A stretch of DNA of 64,000 nt from Octopus sinensis (Eukaryota). A program made the translations under genes and the position numbers. Below are positions 63,431 to 64,000 of this stretch, in pieces; the stretch's first letter is position 1; each line of letters begins with the position of its first letter. Below the pieces are notes generated by a model. It was not told where the DNA came from. It did no database searches and saw only the letters and a program-made list of their open reading frames with translations. The stretch covers positions 152,210,001 through 152,274,000 of the forward strand of contig NC_042998.1 of NCBI RefSeq assembly GCF_006345805.1, written 5' to 3'.

Positions 63431-64000
63431 TAGGCTTCGGAGACAAGAATCGAACAATGCTGGAGGTCGGCAACGGAGGAGGTAGGGATGGCATTGTCGT
63501 CTACATACTGGAACTCTTTCTTTCATGCCATTACTTGATGTTCGGGTTTTGAATCCATATCACGAACATGTGTGTGTGTGGGGGGTGTTTTCAATACCTT
63601 CCCCTGCAACTTGTACCACCATATCAAGGCTTTGTCCTTGCCACTTCCTGTGGGGTGTTCTGGTGGCCTGTGCGAATATATGTATATACGAGGACGCCCA
63701 TTCTTGTAGAAATGTACTACACACACTGTTGGTTTTAGTTTTACATTTTCCTACAAGTCTTTTTCAAACTGTCATAAGTTCGCTGCAGTTTTTGGGGAAG
63801 GGGTGGGGTAGAGGCAGTAAGATTTCTAAATCCCTTACCAAACTACATATAACTAGTGGATATGACCGCTGCGGACCAACAGCTCTAATTTGAATTTCCG
63901 GCCGTTACATTTTTAGACTGAGAGCCATGCTGGCTCGTGATTATTCTATGTTTCTGACTAATTCTTTGTCTCTCTCTCTCTCTCTCTTTCTATCTCTACC

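Overview
AT-rich, microsatellite-dense eukaryotic non-coding DNA. The SINE/LINE content is typical of an octopus (coleoid cephalopod) genome; this is an inference from recognising the repeats. No host protein-coding gene can be supported, and nearly all six-frame ORFs are microsatellite read-throughs or transposon remnants. Recognisable elements: R4/Dong-type RLE non-LTR retrotransposons sitting in (TTA)n tracts (one near full length, 19843-23705), two near-identical CR1-type RT copies, Tx1/L1 and HERO-like fragments, RTE LINEs, several Penelope-like elements (one near complete with pseudo-LTRs, 51101-55446), two Helitron-derived copies, a mariner, MITEs and tRNA-derived SINEs. The most notable signal is a dense set of about 15 minimal type I hammerhead ribozyme (HHR) motifs, intact or degenerate, found and folded by eye. 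Several lie in ORF-less 430-480 bp tandem monomers resembling retrozymes (16.8-17.5, 57.0-57.9, 59.0-59.6, 32.3-32.8 kb). They carry family-specific palindromic helix III sequences, show recurrent catalytic-core variants, and often occur in head-to-head fold-backs. All folds and alignments are manual and need computational and biochemical confirmation.
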